64,000 bases of DNA from Oikopleura dioica. Taxonomy: Eukaryota; Animalia; Chordata. This document shows positions 10,535-23,450 of the stretch, in pieces. Location: the NCBI GenBank assembly GCA_907165135.1, contig OU015566.1:5766001-5830000 (forward strand), in the 5' to 3' direction. The stretch's first letter is position 1; each line of letters starts with the position of its first letter. The notes beneath the pieces are model-generated. The model was not told the origin of the DNA. It saw only the letters and a program-made list of their open reading frames with translations, and made no database searches. Both the position numbers and the translations under genes were made by a program.

Positions 10535-12539
10535 TCAATAACCGTTCCAGAAAATGGTTTGATTAATTCCACACTGTTGATCAACTGGGACTTCTGTGTC
10601 GATGCGGCAAGAGAAATTGTTATCAAGGAAGCATGGGCCTTCATGCCATAATTCATTTCCAGGCAAGAAGTCACTGCGGATTTCGGCGCAGGATTCCCTG
10701 CCGAGCTGATTAGCTTTCCAATTGTAAAAAGGGACTTGGGCGCCGGTCGTAGTCAACCAGTTGTTGTCATCTCCCCGGACAATTCCGAGCCATTCGCTTG
10801 GACTTCCTTTTGCGATTTTAAAAGCATTCAGCTCAGCTATATTGTTGAAAAAAGGGAGGGTTCCTCCAATTGCATTGCAGCTAGCTTCTGCATCATTAAA
10901 TGATTCACGTAACCACATGCGTCGGAATTCAGTGCAAGTTTTCGTTGCCTGGCATTGTTCATCAACCGCGACAACGGTATCGATTCGGCAGGAAAAGTGT
11001 TGCTCAAGTTCACATCTTTGAGGATTCCAATTATTTTTTAACTCGACGCTGACCTCTCCACAAGCTTTGGGATCATAGATCCAGGAAAATCTATATCGAA
11101 AAAAGTGCGCCCCGCCTATCCATTCATTTCGATAAGATTTGCGTGCTTTATAGTCTTCGAACTCGCCTATATTAAGAAAAAAGGGGAGATGCCCTCCGAT
11201 TGCGTTGCAGCTTTCTTCTGCAGCGTCGAAATTCAGCTTTGACTCGCCCATGTCTCGAAACTCAGAGCACAGTTTCATTTCAACTGGACATTGTTGATCA
11301 CCGGGAATTGTTTTTTCGACTCGGCAGGAGTAGTATCTCGGCAAACTGGAACCTCTAATGCAGGCTAAATCGTACCATTCAAGCGTAGTGGAGCTCTCAA
11401 CGCAGTCTTGGTTGCCGGACAAATTGTCGGGCTGGCCATCGCCGAGAGCCCAGGCAAAAACGGATATTTCAGTGTTGGCAGTACTAAACCACTTGTTATC
11501 GCTTCCGCGAACGATTCCGAGCCACTCTTTTCGATCTGGTTTGAACGCGTTGTATGATGCTAGCTCATCAGCGTTATTGAAAAATGGCAAATGCCCTCCG
11601 ATTAAGTTGCAATTATACTTTGCCTCTTCAAAATCGACTTCAACATCGCCCATATTGATAAATCCAACGCAAATTTTCTAAATTATCATTCACTTGTACT
11701 TTGAACTGAAGACTTACTGGTGGTGGCTCAGTTTGCGGCTCAGTTGGTGCTTCTGTTGGTGGCTCAGTCGGTGGCTCAGTCGGTGGCTCAGTCGGCGGCT
11801 CAGTTGTTGGCTCAGTTGTTGGCTCAGTTGTTGGTTCGGTTGACGGTTCGGTGGGTGGTTCTGTTGGTGATTTCTTCGGCGTTTTATTGCATTTAAGTTG
11901 TTTAAATTTTTCATTGAAAAGAATTTTTCTCTGACGTTGAATGAGTCTTTTCATTCTTAAGGCTTTCTTAGGGCTACCATCGCTGCAGACGAAGGCGTAG
12001 TGAAAGCTTTTTACAGACGCGTAAAAGTTGTTGAGGGATAAGCAAATATCCTGGCTATCGTAGTCTGGGTTGATGAAATCGTTTGGGTCACCGGAACCAG
12101 CATAATCGGTGCATGACTCGTCAACAAGTCCGAGTAAATCATCGACTTTGTTGTAGAAGTCGCGCAGTCGGTTAGCCTTCTTTTGCGGGGGGATGTTGGT
12201 GTCAGCATAGGCGGACAAGACATCATTGTAGAGTTGATTGTAGGCGACGGTGACTTTGCTCCAAGAGGTTTGCGCGACGGACTCGGCAGATGCGATTGCC
12301 AAGATGACCAACGCGAGAAGCTAAATTGAATCATTTATAGCTTTGATTTATACCGTTTAAATTATACGTCGCGAAATTTCAACTTCATAATGAAAAATTC
12401 AAGCCTCGAAATTTAATTAAAAATTAAGGTACTCTGACAGCGTTTTCTACGAGATTTTTCAGATTTTTATTTTAAAAGTTTCTCTTATTTAAATCTCTTT
12501 TATAACCACCAAAAAGGCTCGTATTTGTCTTACCTTCAT
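10535..12539 (-). CDS. Secreted multi-C-type-lectin protein, left palindrome copy
   Basis: Micro-exon ATGAAG|gtaag at 12539, signal LLALVILAIASAES, helical N-domain, PTEP repeats, and three CTL-like domains (first with QPD/WYD). ORFs 11640-12311 and 10535-11653. Confidence 0.85.
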
Positions 12540-13403
12540 CTCAGGCTGAGATTCTCAGCTAATTAAGAAAAAAGCTTTTTTCTCGAATGATGATTTGAAG
12601 AAAATTGATGTTGTATTTATGCCGTCAAGTGCGAGCCATTTCACACTTACCCACTTAAGAATAAGCGATTACAATTGTAAGCTAAGAGTTTCACCAGATG
12701 AGGATTTGTGGAATTGAACTAAGGGCTTAGCCTGAGTAATGACGCTGTCTTGTTCATGGAACTTGTTCGGGACTTGAATTACAACCAGATTTTATCGTTA
12801 ACAAAAAATTCATCTGAAATACCAATATCTAGACCCCTGCATGAGATATTTTACTTTGAAAAACTTGAATGCTTGGATGCTATGGTAGTGGAAATAACAG
12901 TCAGATGCAACGTTTCTTCCCATTTATCAATGGGCTCAGCTCCGATCCGATTGATTTCAAAAAACTCCAGAGAAGTTAATTTTCCGATGAAAAAATTTGA
13001 AGTCATCGATAACTAGAGTGACTCGTGGACTTGGGGCTGTTTGGAAAATGTGAATTGTACGCAGAGTTGGTAAAAAATACTTCCGAGCCATTTCGTACTT
13101 CAATCTGGTCTAGAATCTAGACTCTAGATATTGGTATTTCAGATGAATTTTTTTGTTAATGATAAAATCTGGTTGTAATTCAAGTCCCGAACAAGTTCCA
13201 TGAACAAGACAGCGTCATTACTCAGGGTAAGCCCTTAGTTCAATTCCATAAATCCTCATCTGGTGAAACTCTTAGCTTACAATTGTAATCGCTTATTCTT
13301 AAGTGGGGAAGTGTGAAAAAGCTCGCACTTGACAGCATAAATACAACATCGATTTTCTTCAAATCATCATTCGAGAAAAAAGCTTTTTTCTTAATTAGCT
13401 GAG

Positions 13404-15309
13404 ATGAAGGTTAGACAAATACGAGCCTTTTTGGTGGTTATAAAAGAGATTTATATATTATCTTAAAGAGAAACTTTTTTAAATAAAAATCTGAAAAATT
13501 GAAATTAAATTTCGAGACTTAAATTTTTCATTATGAAGTTAAAAATTCGCGACGTATAAATAAAAGCTATAAATATTTCAATTCAGCTTCTCGCGTTGGT
13601 CATCTTGGCAATTGCATCTGCCGAGTCCGCCGCGCAAACCTCTTGGAGCAAAGTCACCGTCGCCTACAATCAACTCTACAATGATGTCTTGTCCGCCTAT
13701 GCTGACACCAACATCCCCCCACAAAAGAAGGCTAACCGACTGCGCGACTTCTACAACAAAGTCAATGATTTAGTCGGACTTGTTGACGAGTCATGCACCG
13801 ATTTTGCTGGTTCCGGTGACCCAAACGATTTCATCAACCCAGACTACGATAGCCAGGATATTTGCTTATCTCTCAACAACTTTTACGCGTCTGTGAAAAG
13901 CTTTCACTACGCCTTTGTCTGCAGCGATGGTAGCCCTAAGAAAGCCTTAAGAATGAAAAGACTCATTCAACGTCAGAGAAAAATTCTTTTCAATGACAAA
14001 TTTAAACAACTTAAATGCAATGAAACGCCGAAGAAATCACCAACAGAACCACCCACCGAACCGTCATCCGAACCAACAACTGAGCCAACAACTGAGCCAC
14101 CAACAGAAGCACCAACCGAGCCGCAAACTGAGCCACCACCAGTAAGTCTTTAGTTCGAAGTACAAGTGAATGATAATTTAGAAAACTTGTGTTGGATTTG
14201 TCAATATGGGTGATTCTAAAGTAATTTTTGAAAAAGCAAAGGCTAATTGCAACTTGATCGGAGGGCATTTGCCATTTTTCAATAACGCTGCTGAGCTAGC
14301 AGTGTACAACGCGTTTAAAGCAGATCGAAACGAGTGGCTCGGAATCGTTCGCGGAAGTGATAACAAGTGGTTCAGCACTGCCAACACTGAAATATCCGTT
14401 TTTGCGTGGGCTCTTGCCGATAGCCAGCCCGACAATTTGACCGGCAGCGAAGACTGCGTCGAGAGCTCCACTACGCTTGAATGGTATGATTTAGGCTGCA
14501 GTAGAAAGCAGTACTACTCCTGCCGAATCGAAAAAACCATTCCGGGTGATCAACAATGTCAAGTTGAAATGAAACTGTGCACTGAATTCCGAAACATGGG
14601 CGAGTCAAAGCTGAATTTCGACGCTGCAGAAGATAGTTGCAACGCAATCGGAGGGCATCTCCCCTTCTTTCTTAATAAAGCTGAGTTTAATGACTATTTA
14701 GTACGCAAATCTTATCGAAATGAATGGATAGGCTGGGCGCACTTTTTTGAAAATAGATATTTCTGGATTTATGATCCCGAAGCTTGTGGAGAGGTCAGCG
14801 TCAAACACGAAAACATGTGGAATCCTCAAACATGTGAACTTGAGCAACACTATTCTTGCCGAATCGATACTATTGTCCCGGTTGATGAACAATGCCAGGC
14901 AACGAAAACTTGCACTGAATTCCGACGCATGTGGTTGCGTGAATCATTTGATGGTGCTGTAGCTAGTTGCAACGCGAACGGAGGAACCCTCCCTTTTTTC
15001 AACAATATAGCTGAGGTAAATACCTACAAAGTCTCAAAAGAAAGTCGAAGCGAATGGCTCGGAATCGTCCGGGGAGATGACAACAACTGGTTGACTACGA
15101 CCGGCGCCCAAGTCCCTTTTTACGATTGGAAAGCTGATAAGCCTGGTGGCAGGGAATCCTGCGCCGAAATAAGCAGTGACTTCTCATTGCCTCAGTGGAA
15201 TGAATACCCATGCTACCTTCGTAATTATTTCTCTTGCCGCATCGACACAGAAGTCCCAGTTGATCAACAGTGTGAAAATAATCAAACAGTTTTCTGGTCC
15301 GGTTATTGA
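13404..15309 (+). CDS. Secreted multi-C-type-lectin protein, right palindrome copy
   Basis: Micro-exon ATGAAG|gttag at 13404; ORFs 13596-14153 and 14206-15309 joined by a phase-0 GT-AG intron. Fewer PTEP repeats than the left copy. Confidence 0.85.
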
Positions 15310-15446
15310 CCCAAATGCTCTTATCTCCTTCATTAAACAAAAAAAAAATAAAGAAAAAACACAAGAAATAGACTATTTCAAATAGTCGATTACAAGTTTT
15401 TGCAGGTCAAAATGCATTTCACAGTGATCATCACAGTGATCATAGT

Positions 15447-18066
15447 TAGGCCACGCGCTTGAAAATTTTAGGTCCGAAAAAGCCTCTTTTAACCCTCTTA
15501 ATCTATTAAACTAAGTGTAAGGAACATTTTATCTGCTTACACGAAAAGTCTAACTTCACCAGAAGATGGCGTAAATTGGCACCAAAGTGTGAAAAAAGTG
15601 CCATTTTTTGTTTTTTCTAGATTTGACCCCCGCCGCAAACTATCTGGAACACGTTTTAGGGCTTGTTAGAAAGCTTATGAATTTCTCTATCGACTAGACC
15701 AAAAATTTTTTACGCCACGTGACCCATTACGTCACAATTCACCCGGAGGACCCTACGAGTAATCTGCTGGAAGACCAATTATTGCTGGAAGAGTATTCTT
15801 CTAGATGCGTCTTTTCTTGCACAAAAAATAATCCTTAATATAAATTTTGTTTGATCATATGACCTTTCGGAGGACCCCTGGAGGATTCTTTTTGCTTGAA
15901 AACCCATCTCATGCTGGAAGACCCCGACAAATGAAAAACTTTTAGTTTGAATTTTTGAAGAAATTAAAGAAATAATCTTTTCAATTATCACATGACTTTA
16001 CATAAAAGCCTTCGAGAATTCGAAAAGACCAATTTATGGAAATATTCTTTTTCTTTACATAAAATGATAATCCTCCGTATTATTACAAGCCGCGACGACC
16101 TTTTCCTGTCGAGAAAATACGGCAAACAAGTTTAAAGAGAAAAACTCAAGATGAAAAGCACATGGTTTTTATTCTTATTTTTCTGCTGCACTTTCTCCGG
16201 TCGACCACCAAATGAAAAATCAGGCCTCGGACTAACCCTGAAAAATTTTCTACATATTTATAATGGACCAGGAGCGAAATTAATGAAGGATTTATATCCC
16301 CCGAAGACGCTACGACCTTGAAAAGACTTACTGATAGATACACTAAAGATATCGCCAGGTAAAATATTACTATTACTGAAAAATTAATTTTGAATACAGT
16401 TGGATTGTCACAAATGCAAAATCAAACCTCATCTGGAACGAAGTCCTCAGAAACACTTACGAATTGAATATCGGTAAAGGACGAGTAGCCACAAATGTAG
16501 CACGTATGCTTGCCAAAATTGGAAAGAATGAGAATGAAATGACATTTTTTGGAACTTTGATTGATCGGACATCAAGACGAAGATCTGATCCTACCGGAAC
16601 CTGCCATATTGAATTAACAAGAGGAAAAGATGACTCGGAGAAAAACCCTTGAAACTACTTGTAAGAATTATTTACAAGAAAAAAATTTCATTTTTAAGTT
16701 GTTTGTGGTGGTAAAGAAGTCTATTACCTGGACAATCGTGAGAGAGGATGCCCTCCTAATTATGACCCAACAATCGGAGGACATCTTCCTTGCAACCTTG
16801 GAAAAGCAAGCGGGCATCTTCGAAGATTCGAAAATTTCATAAATCTACCTGCTAATGAGTGTGAAAAATATGCATTTTCTTGCATCAAGAGAGAATATGA
16901 AGGCCCTATTTTGAGACCGCCTGTCTCAGAATACACTGAAAACGATCCTGAACTTGACGAAGAACCTAAGAGCGATGGAGAAGCTGAAAAGACTAATGAT
17001 GATGATAAAAGAATGGATGATGACCCGGAAAAAGTGCATGAAACGGAACCTTTCGAAAATACTGACAATGATTATTTTTCTGAGGGAGGTGATGTTTATG
17101 ATGATCCCGATTTTATATCAGATGATGAAAGTGAAAATGAAGAAGATACAGAAGATACAGAGGTTTCTGATCCTGAAAATGCTCAACCAACGACTTGCTG
17201 CTCATTATTCAAGATGATTCGACCACCAAAGGATACATACTCACCGTTACTTGACATCCCCTTTTATATCAAATGCGCTGTTTAATCATTTTGATAGTGT
17301 TACCCAAGAATTTAAGGGTTTTTCTCCGGCATATGATATTTTTGACTGCAAATCTGTTTCAAAAGAAATATGTTCTGTCCCAGATGTATTCTGAATAATT
17401 TGAAATCTAACTTTCATAGCTTTTAAAAATAAATAACTCTCGTGAAAACTTTGGTAATCTTTAATTTTTTTCTTGGGCTCTTCCAGCAGAAAAAGTCCTC
17501 CGAGGGTCCTCCAAGAGGTCATGTGATGAAAAAATATCCCTGTTAAAATTAATTCAAAAAAAAAAATTCCGGGGCTCTTCCACCAGACGTGCTCTTCCAG
17601 CTGAAGAGGTCCTCCAGGGGTCCCCCGAAAAATCATGTGATCAGATATTGTTATATAAGAATCTCTTATTTACTTTCGTAAGTATATCATCAAAGACTCC
17701 AGATTCATTCTCTTCCAGCAATTTTCCGTCTTCCAGCAAGGAGAAAAATGGTCCTCCGGAGCTGTTGTGACGTAATGAGACACGTGGCAAAACTTTTTTA
17801 CCTATCATTAAAAAGAGAATTTCTAGAGCTTTCAAATAAACCTAGAAATGTTCTCCTAAGAGTTTGCGGCGGGGTCGAAAACCCCAAAAAACCCAAAAAC
17901 ACCCATTTTCAGCACTTTAGCGCCATTTTTGGCAGTGTTCTAGTCGGATTACGATCATGACATAATTGTATAAAATGATCGTGTGTCCCTACTGATTCAT
18001 TTCGGAGGGAGAAAATTTGATGATTCAGACTTTCACGTGACAGTGAGTTTTCAAGCGCGGGGCCTA
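15447..18066. mobile_element. Non-autonomous hAT-type DNA transposon carrying a cargo gene
   Basis: 19-bp TIR taggccacgcgcttgaaaa / ttttcaagcgcggggccta (1 mismatch) and 8-bp TSD atcatagt at 15439-15446 and 18067-18074. Subterminal regions (~500 bp) are imperfectly inverted with repeated gctggaag/cttccagc and ggaggacc motifs. Confidence 0.9.
16151..17285 (+). pseudogene. Cargo gene inside the hAT element: signal peptide, Cys-containing domain, acidic tail; two apparent frameshifts
   Basis: MKSTWFLFLFFCCTFSG at 16151; two short GT-AG introns (~16349-16399 and ~16661-16698); final exon VCGGKEVYYLDNRERGCPPNYD..ECEKYAFSCIKRE plus a D/E-rich tail to 17285. Frame breaks near 16300 and 16630. Confidence 0.55.
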
Positions 18067-18097
18067 ATCATAGTGAATAAGCTGAAAAGGCTTTTCT

Positions 18098-18631
18098 ACA
18101 TGACCCTAGCCGGAACAAAAACTGTCATTATCGCGGTATAATTATACATGTATGGCAAAAATCTTACGTGAATTCTTTGTTATTCTTTTGTTAATATGTG
18201 TACAGAATAAAATATTTACAGGTATTAATCAAAAATTCAAAAGAGAAAATACTAAAAGGCAGAACGTGAGATAGTGTCTGAGTAAACTTGTGTTTCCTTC
18301 ACGGAAGGAGCTTGGACGGTTGTTGGAACATGTTGGAAGTCCCGTGGTCTTTCCAAAAAGGCGTACTAAAATGTTAGCTTAGAAAATAGTAAGAGAGAAA
18401 GAATGAATTAAAAATTTGTGAGAGCAATGCGTGCATGATTGATACGAATTTTTCCGAATTTTCACTTTTGCCGGTCACGTGAGAATTCAAAGAACGAACG
18501 ATAATTTTTCTAGCCTTTTTTCTACGAGCTGGAAAAATTCTTCGGGCGTACAGTTTAATGGCCTCTTATGAAATCAAATCACTGATTTTTCACCATTAGA
18601 GCTGTAGCAACCCTGTTAACTGTTTCGCTAA
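18098..18631 (+). repeat. Dispersed repeat, copy 2 (see 9325-9931)
   Basis: Collinear similarity with 9345-9931. Both copies end in attagagctgtagcaaccctg. Confidence 0.85.
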
Positions 18632-18664
18632 AAATTTTACCGCGATGAAATGTGGTGTGTGGTG

Positions 18665-21600
18665 TCACATGGAAATAGCTGGAAGTTTGGCTGGGTAAGC
18701 CTTGCGTCTACTAACTGATTGGTCGTCTACAAGCCGCTCGCTCAGCAGCGCCACCAGTTGGTTTGCGTCCGGCCTCAGTCGCGGGTCGCTCTTCCAACAA
18801 TTTGTCATGAAAGTGTAGACTTCGGGAGAGACGTTCTTCGGCATGCCAAGTCTTAAAGCACTCCGTAAATATTTAGTCAAAGGTCAAAAGGAAAAATAAA
18901 TCTCCAGCTTCTACATACTGTATGTTACATACAGAAGAATTCATTGAGTGGAAACAACAAAGACTACCAAATAGTCGTTCAAGCTTACCTGTCATATTTG
19001 ACGTATTGACTCAGTTGATCCAAATCAACGTCATTGTACGGCAGTCCACCAAACGTACACACTTCCCACATGACAACGCCAAACGCCCAAATATCGGCCT
19101 CGCGCGAATGCTTCTGGCCATTTTCGAATACTTCTGGCGCCCACCAGCGCCATAAATTGCGGTCGTTGGATTTGATTTGGTTATTGCATACTTTGCCTAT
19201 TTTGGGAATGTTTTCTTCTGTCAGGTAGATTACGCTCGCTTTGAAAAAGAAAATGGTAAACAAACAAAAAACTAATTTGTACCTTGCAAGTTGCCGTGAA
19301 TTATTCCTCGGCTGTGCAAATGCGCCAGGCCTTCGACAATATTGACCAGGATTTTCATAATTTGATAATTGGACATGTTCGAAACAGCATTGCCTGTAAG
19401 TCGAGTTTGGCGGAGATGCTCGTCCAGCTTTCCTTTCTCCGCTAATTCGTAGCCCATGAATAGCTTGTCGACTTCGCACCAGGCTCCGAAATATTTCAGC
19501 ACATTTTGATGACGCATTTCGGAAACTAAAATTGTTGTTTGTTCTCGATTTCTGAACACTCCTTACTTTGTGTATCAATTCTAATGCGTTTGTTGATTTC
19601 TCCAAAGGTCTTATCAGTCGCTAATTCAACATTGAGCACTACCGCCACTGCATGTTTGGTGTCGCCGTCCTTCCGCAAGAGCACTTCCCGGACACTCGCA
19701 ATCTTTCCAGATTTAATAACGCCTTTGAGAGTCACTTCATGGTCCTCCAGTGTATGGTAAATTGGGTCTTGAAGTCTGAAACAAATAAATTAATTCGAAA
19801 ACTCAAATACGTTCGCGTTCATAGTCGATCTCGTAAAAATCTGTTCAAATATTTAAAACAGCTTCAGCAAGTGTTTGAAGTTAATTTGACTCTTTTCTGT
19901 CAAGGTCAGTCTTGGCTACAGTTATTTACTTGTCACTGACTGGGAGATGAGCTTGAGCCATTGGAACGACCATTGGAGCGGGAACACCACGGCTCGAAAC
20001 GGCGGGAGAATCAGCTGGAGGTGGAGATGGATCTCTTAAAATTATGATGACTAGGAATCAAGGAGGAATAATCACCTCATTGGAACCGGAACTGGAACCA
20101 CTTTCGGTTTCGGTTCTTCAGATGTAAACGCTGTATTTTCGTACTGTTCCTGGACTAGAGTTTCGTTGACTTTGACTTCCGGTCTTCCGATTGGCTCGAG
20201 TGGCTCCATTACTGGCTCATCATCATCAGTTCCTTCTTCCTCGACATTATCAGATTCCGGCACCCAGGCCTTTTCACAAATTATTATTCGGAAAATCATT
20301 TCTATCTTACCTCATTGTCGTCATCATCGCGTCTCGCTCTGCACCACAAGACGAAGAAAACGATCGTTGTGATCAGGAACATGCCTGTTAGAGCGCTCAT
20401 CACATATGTCAAGATTTCGAACAGCTCGCAGTCATCATCCCCGTCTGTCGTTGGAGGAGCATTTGTTGTGCATACGCAAGGCTCACATTGTCCCGGGGTT
20501 GCTAGAGAAATTGGTCAAAAATGAGTCGAAAAAACACTTGTCCTGGAAATTTGATTTCATGAATTCCCAGTGGCTTTATTTTTGGTACTAAACTACTTGA
20601 TGAACTAATCGGATAGGATTTTGATGGTGGTATGGAAATCATTTTTGATGAGAGTCTGCTGATGAGGCTTTGAATCAGTCTTTCTGTAAAAATTATTTTA
20701 TATATACTTGGCGAAAAAGTAGGACAGGTAACGATAGGACATGTTACTGTATCAGAAGCCGTTGTCGTCACTACTGGACAAGTGGTTTCTGGACAGACAG
20801 GGCAAGAAACTGCCTCTGGTGCTGTCGTTGACACCACTGGGCAAGTAGCTTCAGGACATGCTGGACATGACACTGTCTCTGATTTTTGAGTCGTAACCGT
20901 TGGGCAAGTAACTATTTTCAAAATGAGTGTCAATCATTATTCAAAAATAATAATGATCAAATTAATGATCTGCTAATCGATAATTTACTTGGTGAAAAAG
21001 TCGGGCAGATGACCTCAGGACATTCTTGAGTTGTAGCCTCGGGGCAGGTGACGGTAGGTTCTGTTGGGTAAGTTACTTCGGGGCAAGTGTAAGTCGGGCA
21101 AGTGACCTCGGGGCAAGTTACGATTGGCTCGGTCGGGAAAGTTATTTCGGGGCACGTGACTGTGGGGAAAGTGATCTCGGGACATGTTATGGTCTCTGGA
21201 CAAGTAACTGGGGTCTCAGTGGTCAGTTCAGGACAAGTCACAACCGGTGCGCAAGGTTCTAAAAAAGACAAGTTCAAAATTCAAGCGTAATTTTGAACAG
21301 CAGCATTACCACACGTGATAGCTTCAGTGGAAGCTTCAGTAAACACTGGAGTCGTTGGTTCCACAGTTGTTGTGAACATTTTTTCTGAAAAGCGCAGTTG
21401 GCACACATGCAGTGAATACATATCGATCAGCAAGATAGTATTCAAGCATTATAACAATAAGCAACACACAAAAAATAATAGAGCAAACTCAAACCAAACA
21501 AAAACATTATCTTTGAAATACCTTCAATATTGAAAACTCCCAAAGAAAGATCATCTTCTCGAGCAATAACCGCGCCATTTTCAAGAAGCAAGACTTGAAC

Positions 21601-23450
21601 GACCAAATCCACCGTGTCCGAAAATGTAGTGCTGCTTCCTCCTGTTTTGAGAAGCTCAAAGCTATCGGTGAAAATGTATCCCGGAGTCTTGGAAAGGAGA
21701 ATGACCTCCTGGCCAGCTGGAGGAAAGACTGGAATTGAAAGTTTAAACACCGACTGGTCCTCTGTATTTCGAACGTAGCTCGGAGCATCGATATATTCAT
21801 AATTGGCGGTGTCATCAGGAGTAGTGATGATTGTACTCCAGTCAACATCTGGGTCTTCAATAGTGACCACTACTGTCAAGTAAGAAGTTCTATCCTCTCG
21901 GTCGTCCTGCACAGCTTTCAGCGTGAACTCATGTTTTCCGGGAGAAAGAGCAGTGGCGCAGGAAATCGCCGAGCCTGAGAGCTCAAAACTCGCTGATGGA
22001 AGCAGCTCATAATCAACATTTGTGTTGTCAATCTGTCGGTCACCATCGACCACGAAAAGATCAGTATTCATAGTTAGCAATGTTTCTCCAGTTTTGCAAT
22101 TTTCGTAGGATTGAAAAATCTCAAACTGGTCACCAATGGTACTGATACAGTCAAGATATGATTGACAGCTTTGATCTTCGACAAAAATCGCTGGCAAATC
22201 GTCCACATCCTGGATCCCAACGAGGTCTTGAAAGTAGGACTCAATTTCAGTAGGATGCTCACGTGCATATGCCTCATACTGGAAATATAAGTTGGAACTA
22301 ATATTAGCATCAGCTAAGAGAATATTCTGAAATGCTCCTTCGATGTTCACATCGTCGATTGTCAGGATTTCTTTTTTATTGACATCATCGACGAGCGTAC
22401 TCCCTGGGTACGAGATCCAATCAAATTGAACATCTATCGTACAAAATGGAGATTGTGGGGCGAATCTGAGCCAGTTGCCCGAATCATCCTGCGAATACCA
22501 GCGTTTTGCCATTTCAGCAAGACTCGCCTCTTTGGTAGAACTTTGACCGAGTTCAATTTTCGGGCCAGAAACAATTTTAGGATTTCCAAACTCAGTAGAA
22601 GTTGTGCTTATACCCCACATATCAGCGGCCACTTTTTCACTAAGATCCGTGCTTGAATAGAGACAAATGCCATTAGAAATTCTACACTCATCTCGGATCG
22701 CACAAAAGACGTTATCATAAATATCCAATTTGAAAAGAGGATCGAAGCCATTATTGATCAGACTTGATGTTGGCAGACCAAGATGTTCGAGAATCCTGTT
22801 GCTTGGGGTGCTATCGAGAAGAGAAATTTCCCCGGCAAGTGGCTGGGAGGGATCGGGGAAGATGAATACTTTGTAGTAAATGAAACAGTTGCTAGTTGTT
22901 TTGAGTTTGATCATATGTCGAGGGCCTCCAATTAGTTTCATATCCACCGCATTGCTGAGCTTCAAACTTCCGCTGTCGACGTAAAAGTAATTTTGAGCCA
23001 GTTGCGCTGGCTGAATTTCTGTGCAATGTCCACTTTCACTTCCGAGAGCAGGATTGTTCGTACAGTAAGAGATTCGTCCATCCACCACGGACTCAATATT
23101 AAAGGTATTAAGGTCAAGATCAAACTTGTCCGCATAGAATCCTTCGTGCATATCATTGTAATTCTTGAAGACTCTCGCGATTGAATTGGCCTTATTCATA
23201 ACAGATCCATATAATGTCGGTGTTCCACTTGGTGGGTTTGTACAAGTACCGAAATCGGGGTCATAAACAGGGGCAGCCACGCATTTTGCGTCAACTCCTT
23301 CTCCTTTTTTTGATTTCATTTTTCGGTCAATACAAAGAGGCTTCAGAATATTTTATGAAACTTTCCTTGTTCAGCAGGATATTGAGTAAATGTACAAGCC
23401 GGCGGATCTTGGCCAAAGGCGAGGCTTATCAGCCCGCAAAATAAAATCAT
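18665..23450 (-). CDS. Cadherin-ectodomain receptor tyrosine pseudokinase (RET/Cad96Ca-like architecture)
   Basis: Signal MILFCGLISLAFG at 23450; long exon (ORF 21442-23319) with cadherin-type motifs IQDVDDLPAIF, VVDGDR and LTVVVTIED; Cys/Pro/Thr repeat exons 20500-21400; TM LTYVMSALTGMFLITTIVFFVLWC; TK fold with WWAPE, ADIWAFGVVMWEVCTFGGLPY and CWKSDPRLRP. Confidence 0.75.
20700..21400 (-). repeat. Coding tandem repeats (T/V-T-C-P-E-x-T) in the receptor stalk
   Basis: ORFs 20502-20933 and 20957-21277 contain many VTCPE/ITFPT/TVSCP units, split over similar exons each ending TFSPS. Confidence 0.85.

Larger units (their letters stand above)
10442..15420. repeat. ~5-kb palindrome (arms 10442-12833 and 13123-15420, spacer ~289 bp)
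   Basis: The arms are reverse complements across promoter, introns, CDS and 3' flank, e.g. 12750-12833 vs 13123-13205, and 10442-10480 vs 15383-15420. Confidence 0.95.

Noticed and set aside
12750-13016. 88-aa ORF at the palindrome centre
   Set aside because: Straddles the arm and spacer in the promoter region, with no domain or splice support.
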